From Trichoplax sp. H2 (Eukaryota), in the NCBI GenBank assembly GCA_003344405.1, contig NOWV01000228.1, positions 62,001-108,030 on the forward strand: a stretch of 46,030 nucleotides of DNA, read 5' to 3'. Made by a program: the position numbers and the translations under genes. Below the pieces are notes generated by a model, which was given only the letters and a program-made list of their open reading frames with translations, was not told where the DNA came from and made no database searches. How positions within the stretch are numbered: the first letter of the stretch is position 1; each line of letters begins with the position of its first letter. Shown one piece after another: positions 26,974-39,759 of the stretch.

Positions 26974-27619
26974 TCTTATATGCCTATAGTAACTAGAGTA
27001 GATGAAATAGCAATGTGTAAATTTTTAAGCAGCGAGTTTATAATTGTAAACAAATGATTGGTAACTGATTTATAAAACAATATTAATGGACTATAGCGAT
27101 AGAACTGTTAATTCTTTTTCAAGTATGATTTTCAAATTGACTTATTAAATTGAGAACCACTAACTATGGTCGTTGTGTATTAATAACATGAGGAATGAAT
27201 ATTTTGCGTAGATATTAAGGCTTTGGTAGCAATAAGAGCAAATTACTTAATATCGGCAGTTAATAGTTGATTGAAAAGAAATGAAGTAGTGGTTATTAGC
27301 ACAACTTAATTAGTACATATTTTAGAAAATATCTGTGAATTTTCTATAAAGGTTTTCCTTAGCTATATTAAAAACAGCCTAAATGGACTAGCTATCGCAC
27401 AAAATTCACCTATTTTACGAACAATTTGAATATAAGCTTCGAGCTAATACAGTATTTTAGAACATTTTGAAGTAGTATTCAAATTATAAAAGGATGAATA
27501 ATGCAAGAAAATAGCGATCGATTGCTTGGCAGGCGCATATATGTACAAGAATGACTTCATTTTATCGACATTCTGCTGCAAATTGTCACGATATATTTGC
27601 TAATTATAGTAATCGAATC

Positions 27620-28190
27620 AAAAGTAGTGCTACATTAAAATCATAAAATTAAGATGCTTGAGAATATTGATTGATTATTTAGCCGATGACTAGACTATCT
27701 TATATTGTGCCTCATTTTACCAACATCTTGCTACATATCCTCCTAATATTTTACTAATATTAGTAGCCAAACTGTAGTACTACATTAATGTTATAAAATT
27801 ATAATTAATCAGAATACCGGTTAAATAATTGACAATATACTAAAATTATTATCTTATTTTACTGATTATAGTAATTGTAGTAGTCAAGCTGGAAGTAGCA
27901 TTCCATTAAAGTCATAATAATAGAATACCTTCTTAAATTGATTAAGTAACTGACAGATAAATACGCTACGATGTAAGTTATTCTGTTTTAGCAACATCCT
28001 ACTACTAACTATTATCTTATTTTGTAATCATGGCAATCAAAGCAGAAATAGGACTATACGAAAGTAATAAAATTGTAATACATTAAAATACCAGTTTAGT
28101 AACTGGCAGATAAATAAGCTACAAAGTATCTCGTTTAACACTATTTTACTATAAATTGTCATCGTATTTGTAAATCATATGTAGCAAGTT
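27620..28190. repeat. Degenerate tandem duplication (units of about 120-180 bp) in intron 1 of paralog 3
   Basis: GTAGT(G/A)CTACATTAA-like blocks near 27624, 27774, 27895 and 28075; AGTAACTG(A/G)CAGATAAATA(C/A)GCTAC at about 27945 and 28098; TATTATCTTATTTT at about 27848 and 28010. Confidence 0.6.
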
Positions 28191-28276
28191 ACAATTTACA
28201 ACCATCTTCCAAATAAACCAAGCTAGATAGCATAAGTATTAGTAGAAGCTATGCTAAAATTGAAGATTATCGGTAC

Positions 28277-28378
28277 CTGTAGGTAAAAGATGGGTGGAAT
28301 AATTCTTCTGGCTGAAGCTGCAATCCTCCAGAAAAGCAAAGACAATAATTTAAGCCGTCAATCCTTAAGCTTTTAAAG
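28277..28378 (-). promoter_or_regulatory. Paralog 3 TATA-like CTTTAAAAG and non-coding exon 1
   Basis: Donor CAG|GTACCG at 28276 and acceptor TATAG| at 26984, 10 nt before the ATG; homologous to the paralog 2 exon 1. Confidence 0.62.
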
Positions 28379-28462
28379 GTTTTCCGCAAGCCATATAACA
28401 TTAATAACTCTATTGTTAACAAGAAATATACCGAGCTCAATTAACAAATAAATATCATAAAA

Positions 28463-28473
28463 TAACAGGTGCA
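28463..28473. promoter_or_regulatory. Conserved E-box TAACAGGTGCA (paralog 3)
   Basis: Identical 11-mer upstream of all four paralogs. Confidence 0.7.
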
Positions 28474-29728
28474 AATCTCATTCTGTAGAATATTAATGGA
28501 ACTATTGTATAATTTATGCATTTCCTATAGCTATTAGAAGGTTCTAAGTGAAAGTCAATCAAGAGTTGTACATCAAAATTTTATGCAATATTCGAACTGG
28601 ATAAACAATCAAAAAATTTAATTCATTGACCTCGTTTTTGGTCTTAGTAGCATTATCATGGATAGTAACTGTTGATTATTTGATACACCATCTCGTTAGC
28701 CAAACTTGAAAATTACAGATATCGATTCATATTCATGCAACCTATTCGAATATCCTCTATATTCATCAGATAATCATTTATTCCTCTAAAATTCACTCTA
28801 TGATGAGGACTTACGGAAGGAAGCTACAAACATTCAAATCAAGCTATAGTGTCTCCATGTAAAATTACCAACACTCAGCTCAATCGGTGTAATATATAAA
28901 TCCCAATAAACTTGAATTAATCAACAGATTGTTTAGTATCACCTTCTTAAGACCATCTTATACTGTTACAAGGACATAATGTAATTGAATTGATAGAAGT
29001 AGGTCGACTTCATTTATTTGCCATGAATAAATGAATATTTAATAATGTTTTTAATAGTTTGTTTATTTTGAGATAGAAAAATAACATAAATTCGCGGTCG
29101 ACTGATTTTTAAACTTGCAGCTAGCTAGTTTAAACTATTCATACTTTAATACCAGACTCTATTGTCGTATCTAGCAGAGCAGTTTAAGTACAGTATTTAA
29201 AAATATAAATCCGAACGTTGCAACTCTACAATTTGTTGGCTGATACGAATTTCATGATTTACAACAGCAATCGAATGTTTTATTATCAATTCCTTCACAT
29301 AGATAAGACATAGAATGTTGAATGTATTATATTGAATACTTTTTCTTTATTAACCTAATCGAAGCAAGAGTAGAAATGATATTGATTGAAAACGAAATTA
29401 TCATTATAAAGTACACAAGAGATCCTGGAGGACTGTAATGATTTTGATATTTTTAAATTAGCATCATGGTTTATTCTGTACCCCATACTAGGTAGATGAC
29501 TAAATGGCGTCTCTATTAAATTGCAATTTATTCAATCTATATGAATTTGATAAGGTTTAGCTTAAATTCGAGTAATCCCTTCGTAATGATATCGTCTTGT
29601 TTTTTATTATTTTTTTGTAATATCTAGGATGCATCATGGCTACGCGGATTAATTAATAATAAAATATGCAGCAAGTAATATTGCTCACGAATTTAATAGC
29701 CAATTTCCAAAATAATAAATAATAGATA

Positions 29729-29767
29729 AAATCATTTTAAACAAGATTAATTGATACATTGATTGAT
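29729..29767. promoter_or_regulatory. Conserved distal non-coding block upstream of paralog 3
   Basis: Counterpart of 19766-19805. Confidence 0.5.
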
Positions 29768-32700
29768 GGATTATCTGATCAAGTGCTTTATGTCATAGAA
29801 TTCATTTGGCTATTCTCATATATAGCAAATATTGAAGTGTCCAATTATAACCAGTAATTTGTGTCTTTGCCTAGCTACTTTGATTCTGTTATCCGTATAA
29901 ACCGTACTATAGTGATGGTTGCAAAATTATAATATACGAGACTGATGTATTCAGTATGTTAATGGCTTAATTTAAAAGGCTTTATATTTGTGTGTTTACT
30001 AGTAATGAAAGTTCAGTCATATCATACTTCATTTTATCATCATATCTAAAGAGTATATCGCTGCCCATTATAGTTCATGAAAGTTTAATTCAGCAACTTT
30101 TAATCTTCTAAGATAGATTTGCAGCTGTCGCTGTTAAAAATAGACTACGGAGTAATTTCAGATTTGCTATTAATTGATAACTTTTTTCCCTTCAGTTACT
30201 AATGATTTATGATAATGCTATAATTTAAAATTAAAGCAGCAAATTTAATCTTATTTTCTTAGCGTAAACTATTAATCACATTTTAACCCACGCCTACTAA
30301 ATTGACCTAGATTTTATTCTTAAAATGGCATTATATAGGAACTTTGAATGCACGTTAAATGACATTTCACGTCATTAATAGCTTCTACGACATTAAATTT
30401 CTAAAACTGTATCGATCACTTATAAAGTATCTGCAATCGACAATAAATATTTGAGCATTATATATTTTCGGATCTATTCATAATATTTATACAGTGTGTA
30501 TTGATAATACGATGCTATCTACAATAAGGTGTAACTATCAGTAAATAAGCTTAATACTTGCACTGATGATTTCTATATATCGCAGTTAATTTCTATCTTA
30601 ATTCACGTAATAAAGTCTTTATTAAAAGTATAAATACTTCTTATGGCTGTGACAGAAAGTTTTATATAGTCTTGTAACGAAACTACATTTTCCGTCACTA
30701 GCAAATCATATATGCTACTGTTGTTTATTCACGTCTATTATTTTATTAAATAGGCATTTGTAGGTATTCCGTCAGTAATATTAAATGGCAGTAGTTTATT
30801 AATTTTGAGATAGAATGTCTGTCTGTTCAAGAAGAATGGAAGCTAAGCTTATGCATAAAGCTTTATATTGATTTTTGATCATTTCTTCTCAATTTAGGTC
30901 AAGAATAGACTTTGATTGTACTAAATTGATATCATGTATAAAAAATTTTTTGAGAATTGTCGTCCTATATTTGGATACCGGTGCCTCCTATTAGGTTACT
31001 TTTTATAATCTTATCTTTAAGTTCGTATGCTGTAGAGGATAATCCAAAAAGATGATGAGTAAAATAAAGTTAAATGAGTTCCATTTTGTTACTGTGAGAG
31101 CGAGTCCTTCCTAAAAATAATCTATTTGTAAGTAAAACCTTAATAGTTGTTTTGAGCAATTATTTTTGAGACTCTAGTAACGATTAGTAGTTAGCAAGGC
31201 AACTACAGAGGGGTAGTTTTAGAGGTGTCAACAATAGAAAAGATACGAATATATTCCTGTAACTTTATATTATCTGGATAGTTATGACAAAGTGATATTT
31301 GGAAAGATCACGATAGTAACTGACATCAAATCAAAATAATGATAATGATATAATATCAGATCTGCATTCTACGTCCAAAAATATAAACCACAGTTCTAAG
31401 CTTTAATGAAACATAATTAAGTATATTACTCAATACGTATTATAGTCTCTATTCTAATATGTGTTTAAATTGGGAACCATTTCTGACTTTATTATTAAAC
31501 TGATAAAATTGGTAATAAATAATCATGAAGCATTACTTTAATCATGAATCATTATAATTTATTTACTAATTGTTTCGTAAATTATTTATACTATGTAATT
31601 ATATTTACTGCAATGCCTAACAAAACTATTTCTAGATAGTTTAAAATGTTTGCTTCGGTAATATATACCATCCATTAAATCGAAATTTAAAATTGCTACT
31701 GTCATTATACGTAACCGAAGTCTGCAGCTAATTGGAGACTTTATTACCATAGCAGGTAAGATAGTCAGCTTTAGGCATTAATAATTCTGACTTAGAAATA
31801 GGATAATTTCTTACTTCCTAATTTATGAATCGAAAATTTCAAATGTCAAGTAATATTTTTCTCGCACCATTAAAAGCCCAATGTTGATGAAATTTCATTA
31901 CTCATTATGTAGGTAATAAATTAGTTTTGAAACTATCGAGATATTTGTATTACATCGAATGAACACTAAAATATAGGACTGAGGTAAAGTTAACGATGTT
32001 AATGCATTCCTTAACAATCAAAGCGTACAGAAGTCATAGCAGTAAAATTTCTGAAATGGTAATGGATGTTATCCTATCTAAAAATTGTTATCTTTAGGCA
32101 TTCAGAGACTTCCACACGTGGCCTAAATTTTCCTAGCAATAGCTTATAACAGAAAAGAGTAGGCGTTTGATTAGCTAGATTGCTATAGCAAGCGTTAATG
32201 GTACAGTAATAATTAAGCCATCAGGAAAAGGATGTAAATGCCTATCCTATTAATTAATAAATAAGATGCTTACAACAATAATCTTCAATCCTCATTTAGC
32301 CACTAAAAATATTACTATTAAAACGCGGGTTCAATTATTTAGTACTTAATACTTAGTATTTATTATATTACTCATATTCACATATATGCAGTTACTGAAT
32401 ATACTCCTAATTATAACTGAAAGATAGTACGTAGAATATTACTAATTAAAATCAAACGTTTAGTTCAAAGCTGCAAAATATATCACAGCAATCAATACAT
32501 TAATGAGCCATTTCCTGCCTTCATTTATAGACTCTGGGTATGACTTTTGCCACTAGGTATCCAATTAAATGTAAATTATGGATATTTAATCTTGAATACG
32601 GTTAGACTTAAGATCATAATTATATTGTTTACGACGATAGAGCATCTATTCGATACCCACTCAGTTCTTAATATTTCTCAATACTACATTTGCTCTTTTA

Positions 32701-33973
32701 CTAATATTTTTCATCAAATATTAGCCAATACGGAAGAAAAGCAGCGTAATAGTATATAATTAGGCATTTTTCTTTCATGATGTAGTTGTCATAGCCCAAA
32801 AAAATCGAGCAAAAGCACCAGCACCGGCTGTTATATTAATTTAAGATGAATGCATTCTGCTAAGATCATTCGATCATATTTTGCGCTATATAATAAGAAA
32901 TAGTGAAATGATTTTATGCTGATTTGCTTTCAAGATGACTATTACGCAATGAAACAATATATTTCTATATTTCAATACTCTATTTCTTGCTGAAATAAAC
33001 TCAAAATAAAATTAAAGTTAAAAAAAATGTATAGTATACTACTGCAATTGGATCTATACAGCTACTTCTGTATTTTTAGTAGTCCATTTCCGGCTGAATT
33101 GAACTCAAAATGGAATGGAAGATACAAAAATTTACAGTTCTACAGCAATTTACCTATACCGTATAGCTGTAATCAACATGATTTTAAATAAAGTATTTTC
33201 TTGTCTTTTCAACTGATCGTAATTTTATTCATTTTCACAATATCACCTTAAGGCTGTAATCTTGCGAAGTTACGAGATCTGAGTTCGATCTATATATATC
33301 TTATGACAATTCTTTCTTACTCTGATTGCATGCTATCATGACACAGTCTTTTGAATATCTCGTTTAATTAATAAAGTAGCAGTTAAATATCTGCCTGAGC
33401 ACGATGTAACTAAATTAAATACATACCTGATGGAAAGATTAACTAGTGAGCACTGGGGTCGTTTTTTTCAATCCAACTAGTTTCTGGATGTTTGGATATG
33501 AAAGTAACATTGACTGTAATAATTTTGATACACAGATACTGGAGTAAGAAAATTAGCAAGCGGTATATGTATAAGTACAGTGTCTGTAATCTATCCTAAA
33601 TTTTATAGATTTCTGTTATCCATCAAAAAATTTTATAATATCGACCTTTATACATTTAATGGCAGTTTCAAGTATTATTACAGAGGAATCTCGTTTATAG
33701 AATAAACTTTTTGCCGTATCTACCCATCGGACGTTAAATTGTATATGAATTTTCGTTTTACTGTCTACTCGCTACTAAAGGTCTATGGCAATCTTATTAC
33801 AGTAGCTAATCGTAAATTAACAGATAAAATAGATCTACCCAGATTGTTTTTTACTAGAAAAAATGAAAGTTGCTTAATCTTCACATTAGAAAGTCTTTAT
33901 ATGAGCAGTGAGGAAGATTCAATACTTGAACAATAAGAAAGATACTCGTATCACAGTTTTTGTTGTACATTTT

Positions 33974-33979
33974 TTTATT
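33974..33979 (-). terminator. AATAAA polyadenylation signal of paralog 4
   Basis: Within the conserved AAGATGTGAAGGCAATAAA block. Confidence 0.7.
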
Positions 33980-34099
33980 GCCTTCACATCTTATAATCTA
34001 CACGTTTTTTGGAGAGCCAATCATCAAGAATATAATAAGTTAATAGGGTAAATTGAATAGTCCTGCTCGCATGCTGCAAAGTTATGGCGTGCATTCTAT

Positions 34100-34773
34100 T
34101 TAACCTTCTTGGGCTAATTCGTCAGCTGCCAAACCGCAACCGATGAAGATAATTTCATCATATGAATTTTGTTTGAATCTAGAACCACCGGGGCATGTTT
34201 CCAAGAATTTACGGTCATTGCAGTTGGGGATAATAGTGTTCTTACAACAGAGACGCCTGATATTACGAAGCTTAGCATTATGAGCGCGTTTGTTGTGCAT
34301 TAAGAAAGTATTCGACGCCTTGATGGACTCCAAAATACCTTAATGAACGTGAAAAAGGAGTTCTTATTAGACTGCTATCATTAAGTATCGAATATAACTT
34401 TTACGAGCCCGTAATATTGACAATGGCTATGCTATTTATCGAATACAATGTCAACAAATTATAATCTAAGTAGATTACCATCAAATTTGATATCACGATT
34501 CTTTTTAGCTTCCAAAGCGTTGTAAAATTTCTCATCATCTTCAGCGGTAGCAAATCTTTTGGTAATAGATGGAAGAGGACAAGATGACAGTTGGATTTTG
34601 AGACCGCACATATTCCAGTATTTAACAGCAATTGATTTTGAATCAGCACAATTTAAGACAACATTAGAATCATCTTGACCAATAACAAAATCATCATTAG
34701 CGGTTCTTAAAGCTGCTGCGACGCAGACTAGAGCCAAAAGTGGAACGAGTGTAGATACAAATTTGCCGGCCAT
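34100..34773 (-). CDS. Secreted 8-Cys insulin-like prepropeptide, divergent paralog 4; join(34773..34479,34338..34100), 177 aa
   Basis: Phase-1 intron with donor G|GTAATC at 34478 and acceptor AAG| at 34339. Signal peptide, C-x13-C-x8-C with conserved YW and CPL, KR, connecting peptide, KR, CC-x7-C-x8-C-x18-C with conserved CPGGS. Confidence 0.85.
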
Positions 34774-35120
34774 TTTTTCTCTCTAATTGTAAAATAACAA
34801 AATACACTCTGTGAAACTCGATATAACGCCATAGTACTAGTTTCTTTTAAATAAGTTTTTCACGTTATCCTACTAAATCATCAATGATGTTAACGATTAC
34901 AGTAAAAATGTAAATTTTATCAGCTCTCTATATTAGTTAGCTAAAAAATTTTACATTACCTATAAAAATTAATGAAATATAAATTGAGAAAATGATGAGT
35001 CTGACAAATATACCAATACTTTTTTAAGCTCAAATATCAGATAATATCGGTGTTGAAAATAACTAGACAAAAATTTTTTCTTGTATCTTATCTACGCTAA
35101 AAATCAAATCCTTCACGTAC

Positions 35121-35231
35121 CCTTTTTAATGTAGGCAAGATATTTGTCGATTATCTTAAAGCTGAAGGCTTAATTTCTTCAGATGTGTAATGATAATTGA
35201 TAGAAAGTAGAGTAAATCAATGGCTTTTATA
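35121..35231 (-). promoter_or_regulatory. Paralog 4 canonical TATA box (TATAAAAG 35231..35224) and non-coding exon 1
   Basis: Donor AGG|GTACGT at 35120 and acceptor TTAG| at 34783, 9 nt before the ATG. Confidence 0.6.
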
Positions 35232-35392
35232 TGTTATTACTTTGTAATATAAAATTAATGACTAAAATCTTCCAACGTCAATAAGTATAAAAATTTTATT
35301 GTTTATGCAATCTGCTTATATTCCAGAGACGGGTGACGAGGTCTCAAATCTGGATCATGGAACAAAAATAACATTGATATCATCAATTAAGA

Positions 35393-35403
35393 TAACAGGT
35401 GCA
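35393..35403. promoter_or_regulatory. Conserved E-box TAACAGGTGCA (paralog 4)
   Basis: Identical 11-mer upstream of all four paralogs. Confidence 0.7.
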
Positions 35404-38400
35404 TCGATTCATTAGTGCTCAAATAGACTTCCTCATAATTTTCCATTTTAATTCAGTGATCAAATACAATCATGCTCCATAAAGATAATGGCTAATAAAT
35501 TATTCAATATGATATCAAATCACCTAATGCTCATTCCAATTATACAGGGATAATAACTAATTCTTATCATTAATATGTATAGGCTTTATCCCTATTAATT
35601 TACATTAAAAGTATTAGTTGTTACTAGGGTATGGTATTCATTAAAATAACCTCTACATTGATCTGCCTTAGAGGTAATCTTAGTTTTCTTATTCCTGTCT
35701 AAGAAGTACCCGTAATGATCTACTGCTACTTATAGATGCTTAACTTATCAATTTATTTCTTTAAGAGAGTAGTCTTGATTCAGTACTTGAAAATAGAAAG
35801 AGCTTCTATTAAGAACAATTTGTAGTTAACTTTCCAATTTTTTTCCAATTTACAACCATATTTCTGATTCAAAGCTTAAGAGTAAGAAGACATGAGGGCA
35901 TGAATTTATTGTTGTTTCTATAGGAATGGATTATAATCTACTTTCCCTATTAAAAATTATGTAATATCTTTTACTTTTGAAATTAGTCCATTAAAGGTTA
36001 CATAGAATGTATTTTTATTGATTCAATGGCTAAAAAATCAACACTATCCACATGCCATCTATTATTGATTAGAGGGATGTTGAATTAATGTAATTAAAAC
36101 AGCCATAATATTGACATTGCCAAGATTGATTATAACATTTACCACGCATCAGCAATCTTGCGTGCTTGGTGACAACAATTTCATATTATTTGTACTGTAT
36201 TGTTTTCCATCCTGATTACTACTACTTATGTAAGGGCAAGTTATACCTATAGAATAGCAATCGGTAAAGTAATCTTAGAAAATAACAGACTTGTGCATTT
36301 TTAAAGAGCACGTATTCAAAGAGAAAACTACTTTCTAACAAAAACGCTCGTTATGACAGCTAGCCATAAAAGCGTTACATAAATAGCAATCTATGCTAAT
36401 AAGATGATACCTAGTACTGCGAGTAAATTATGCATCAGAGGATACAACTACTTATTAATTTTACCATCATTCATTTTGAATTTTGCTACAGAACGGTTAA
36501 TAAGTAAATTACTTAAGGATATTGCAAGCTATTGTTTAAGTTTATGTAAAGCTGCTAACATTTATGAAAGAGAACTAATACCTGGGGATAGCTAAGCTAA
36601 ACAATAATACTAAAGGTAGTCAACAAGATATTTCAAGAAATGAAGACATTCATTTTGCCAAGTTGTATTAGAATTACGTTATAGAAACAATGTAGTTAAA
36701 ATATCGATTTTTTTAAGCTAACTATGGAAATTCAGAGTTATCTAATCGAATATTACTAAATTTTCGCCTATATTAATAATATCCACGCGTAACTTTTTCT
36801 GTTAAAAATTGACTATCAAAGGTGTATAATCTACACCTATAGAGAGTACAGTTAGCAGATTTAATAAAATTTCTCCTAAATAGTTTGCTTTAAATAAAAT
36901 AGCGGATTCATTATTATACAAGCTGAAGTAATTAAAGTACTCGTATATTTAGCATCCCATTCAGAATACATTAGGCTTCATAGTATTTGCGTACACCATT
37001 GTTCATCCTTCCATTTTATTTATTTATAATTGTCTACCCCTAAGATACCGTACCTATCTTTTAATAAATTACAATTTTAATATCTCCCTAGCAATTACTT
37101 TCCCTAAAAATACTATCAAGGTGTGAGATATACCAATCACGAAATTCCAAATTTTAGAAAAATAAGGGCTTTATTGAATCTTATACAAAGATTAACTACA
37201 CACAGCTCTACTTTAGCCGAATACTACTACTAAAGACTTCTAGAACGAACTAACAGAATAAAATCTAAAGTTGCATACTTTTATACTTTTCGTAGCATTC
37301 GCAGCTACAATCCGCATGGCAACCTTTCACCTTATTTTACACATAGTAAAATTATTCTTAGCAACACTGTTCTACTGCGGACCATTATTAATCTAATATG
37401 GATACGACTGCAGTATTTACGTAGACATTATTCACACCAGCCAAAGTACAATGCATTAACCATATCCTACTATATGATTTACAGTTCTATTTTTACCTAT
37501 AACCTTATGAATAACTCAACACCTTACCGTATATAATCATATGTACTCTAGCATAGAGTCTATACCACTACAGTCTATAGTTATGGCTACCAAATATCTC
37601 TTAGGATAAATATCTACCGTACATTATACTAAACATGGCTAACAGTCTACAATTACAATACTAAGTTACATTACACAAGGAAAGTTCTTTACGAGAATGG
37701 TACCTTTATTAATGTTTACTTGTAGCTTACTTTTAGCAATAGCTAGTTTATTTTCAACTATTTGATGAAGAACAAAGTCTTTAGAATCGATCACTATCGC
37801 CAATATTCGGCTTTCACATCAGGTACATAGAATAAATTGTTTGCTTCTAACAATTTCGAGAGGTGTAAAGCAATAAAAATAAAGAAATAGTTCATGCATT
37901 AATTAAGATCAAGGATAACGAAACTACATTCAGAAATTCCTATATTTCCTAAAGGTATTGATGTAATACAAGATAAACCATCGAAATTTCTAGGATTAAT
38001 TTCTCATGTATACCAAGTACAACAGGATGTAATTTTAGTTCGCCATCACAAAAATGCTGTCATTAATGAGTACAGTATATTATTTCCACAGCACGACCGT
38101 AACGATATGGTGATCATTACTAAGGTTCAGCAAAATTCTCTTGATATTATCCACGAGTACTGTGTTGAATGATTTAATAAATTAATTTGACAGGTAAGAT
38201 ACATATTCTCGTATCTTTTTACATTACTGATTCATATAAATAGATAACCAGAATCGATTCCTCTCGCAAGATCTCAGATACTAAAATCTAGATTGTAAAT
38301 CTAATCATACAACACAGAATGGATATGATACACTTGGTTAATATTATAAGTATAATAGAAATATTAGTGTAGAATAGTTAGAATATAACAGAAACAGCAT

Positions 38401-39663
38401 TATTAATTTTACATTGTCTTATGTATATCTTACAAATTTTGATACAATGTGCTCATAGCACTATAGTTATTACTTTACGATTTTGACTCTTTTGATAGAA
38501 AACAAGAAAGCCGTGAGTACAATATTTGCATTTACAGGAGCATTTTCTCTTACCACTATTAAGTTCGTAGGCCACTAAAATTCGCTTATTTCGCTATTAA
38601 ACTGAACAAATTTTCATATATTCAATTCAAAATTTCTATTTTCTTGTATGTAAGCATATTTTCACAGTATTGCAGCCCAAAATCAGGTAAAATAAACAGA
38701 CTACAATGTTTAATCGTAAGGTAGAATTAAAATTCATCCTATCTAGGGTTTACTACCGAGTTTTTCAACCACTTGCAAAGTGTCTCATTAATTTAGATAA
38801 GCAAACAAACAAAATACAAAATCCGCAATTCAAGGTTTGCGAAATCTCATCCACTATTAATATTTTTCTAAGCAAAAATTTAAGAACTTGATTTCATGAC
38901 AGTATAAAGTACCGTCGTATGGATAATACTAGCATAATCTATCGATTATAGTCTGATACTCGTAGATAACGAGATTAGGTGTAATACTTGGTCTAATAAT
39001 TGTTGATAAATTTATAGATGATATTCTATTCTTTACGATACATAGGAATTCGGTTAATTTCAGGTATTTAAAATAACGAACCTCATATGCACGCTTATAA
39101 TTAACGTGACGACGTATTAAGAATAATATTCGTAGCCATACGACCATATTTATAACGCTTGCCTAAACGCTACCAAATATAATTTATGACATGCCTTTTT
39201 TGACTGTAGCTCCAAAAGAATTTATAAGAATGAAATACTTTATCACTTTTAATTGCTTGTTATTACTCCTGTACATCAAGATTGGTTACACCATGTTTCC
39301 ACAGGTGCCCAACCAACTTATGTGATAAACCGGATCGCCTTCCAACTACGAGCAAAGTCTGCTGATGAAATTTGCATTTATTATTGTAAGCTCACTTTTT
39401 TTAAGGTATTCAGCATTGCTTCTTATCACGAAATTGTAAAATAATATTAAATGAGATATATCATTTAGGATACGATCACTGTTAAAGGTAAGTATGATAA
39501 AGCAATGAAATACGAGTATTCCTATTTAGGGAAGAGTTTATTAAAATTTCGAATAAAGAGATGATATTAGCATTAATGAGACGTTACAAATCCTTTGATA
39601 AACAAACGTAATCAAACTAATAATTGATCGATTTCTGAATTAATTCATTGTTAAAGTACAGTA

Positions 39664-39669
39664 TTTATT
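39664..39669 (-). terminator. Candidate AATAAA polyadenylation signal of PDIA6
   Basis: First AATAAA on the minus strand, about 90 nt past the stop. Confidence 0.45.
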
Positions 39670-39759
39670 TACGATGGGAAGTTTCACAAACATGAGTAAC
39701 TGTTAACAAACTATTATAAGTCATCTTGTTCGTGAATTGTACTAGATCTGCAGTGTGTT

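Noticed and set aside
7137..33936. Isolated 60-90 aa ORFs (7137, 13407, 17839, 18143, 19401, 19941, 23121, 32547, 33739)
   Set aside because: AT-driven composition, often non-ATG starts, no recognisable domains or partner exons; expected by chance.
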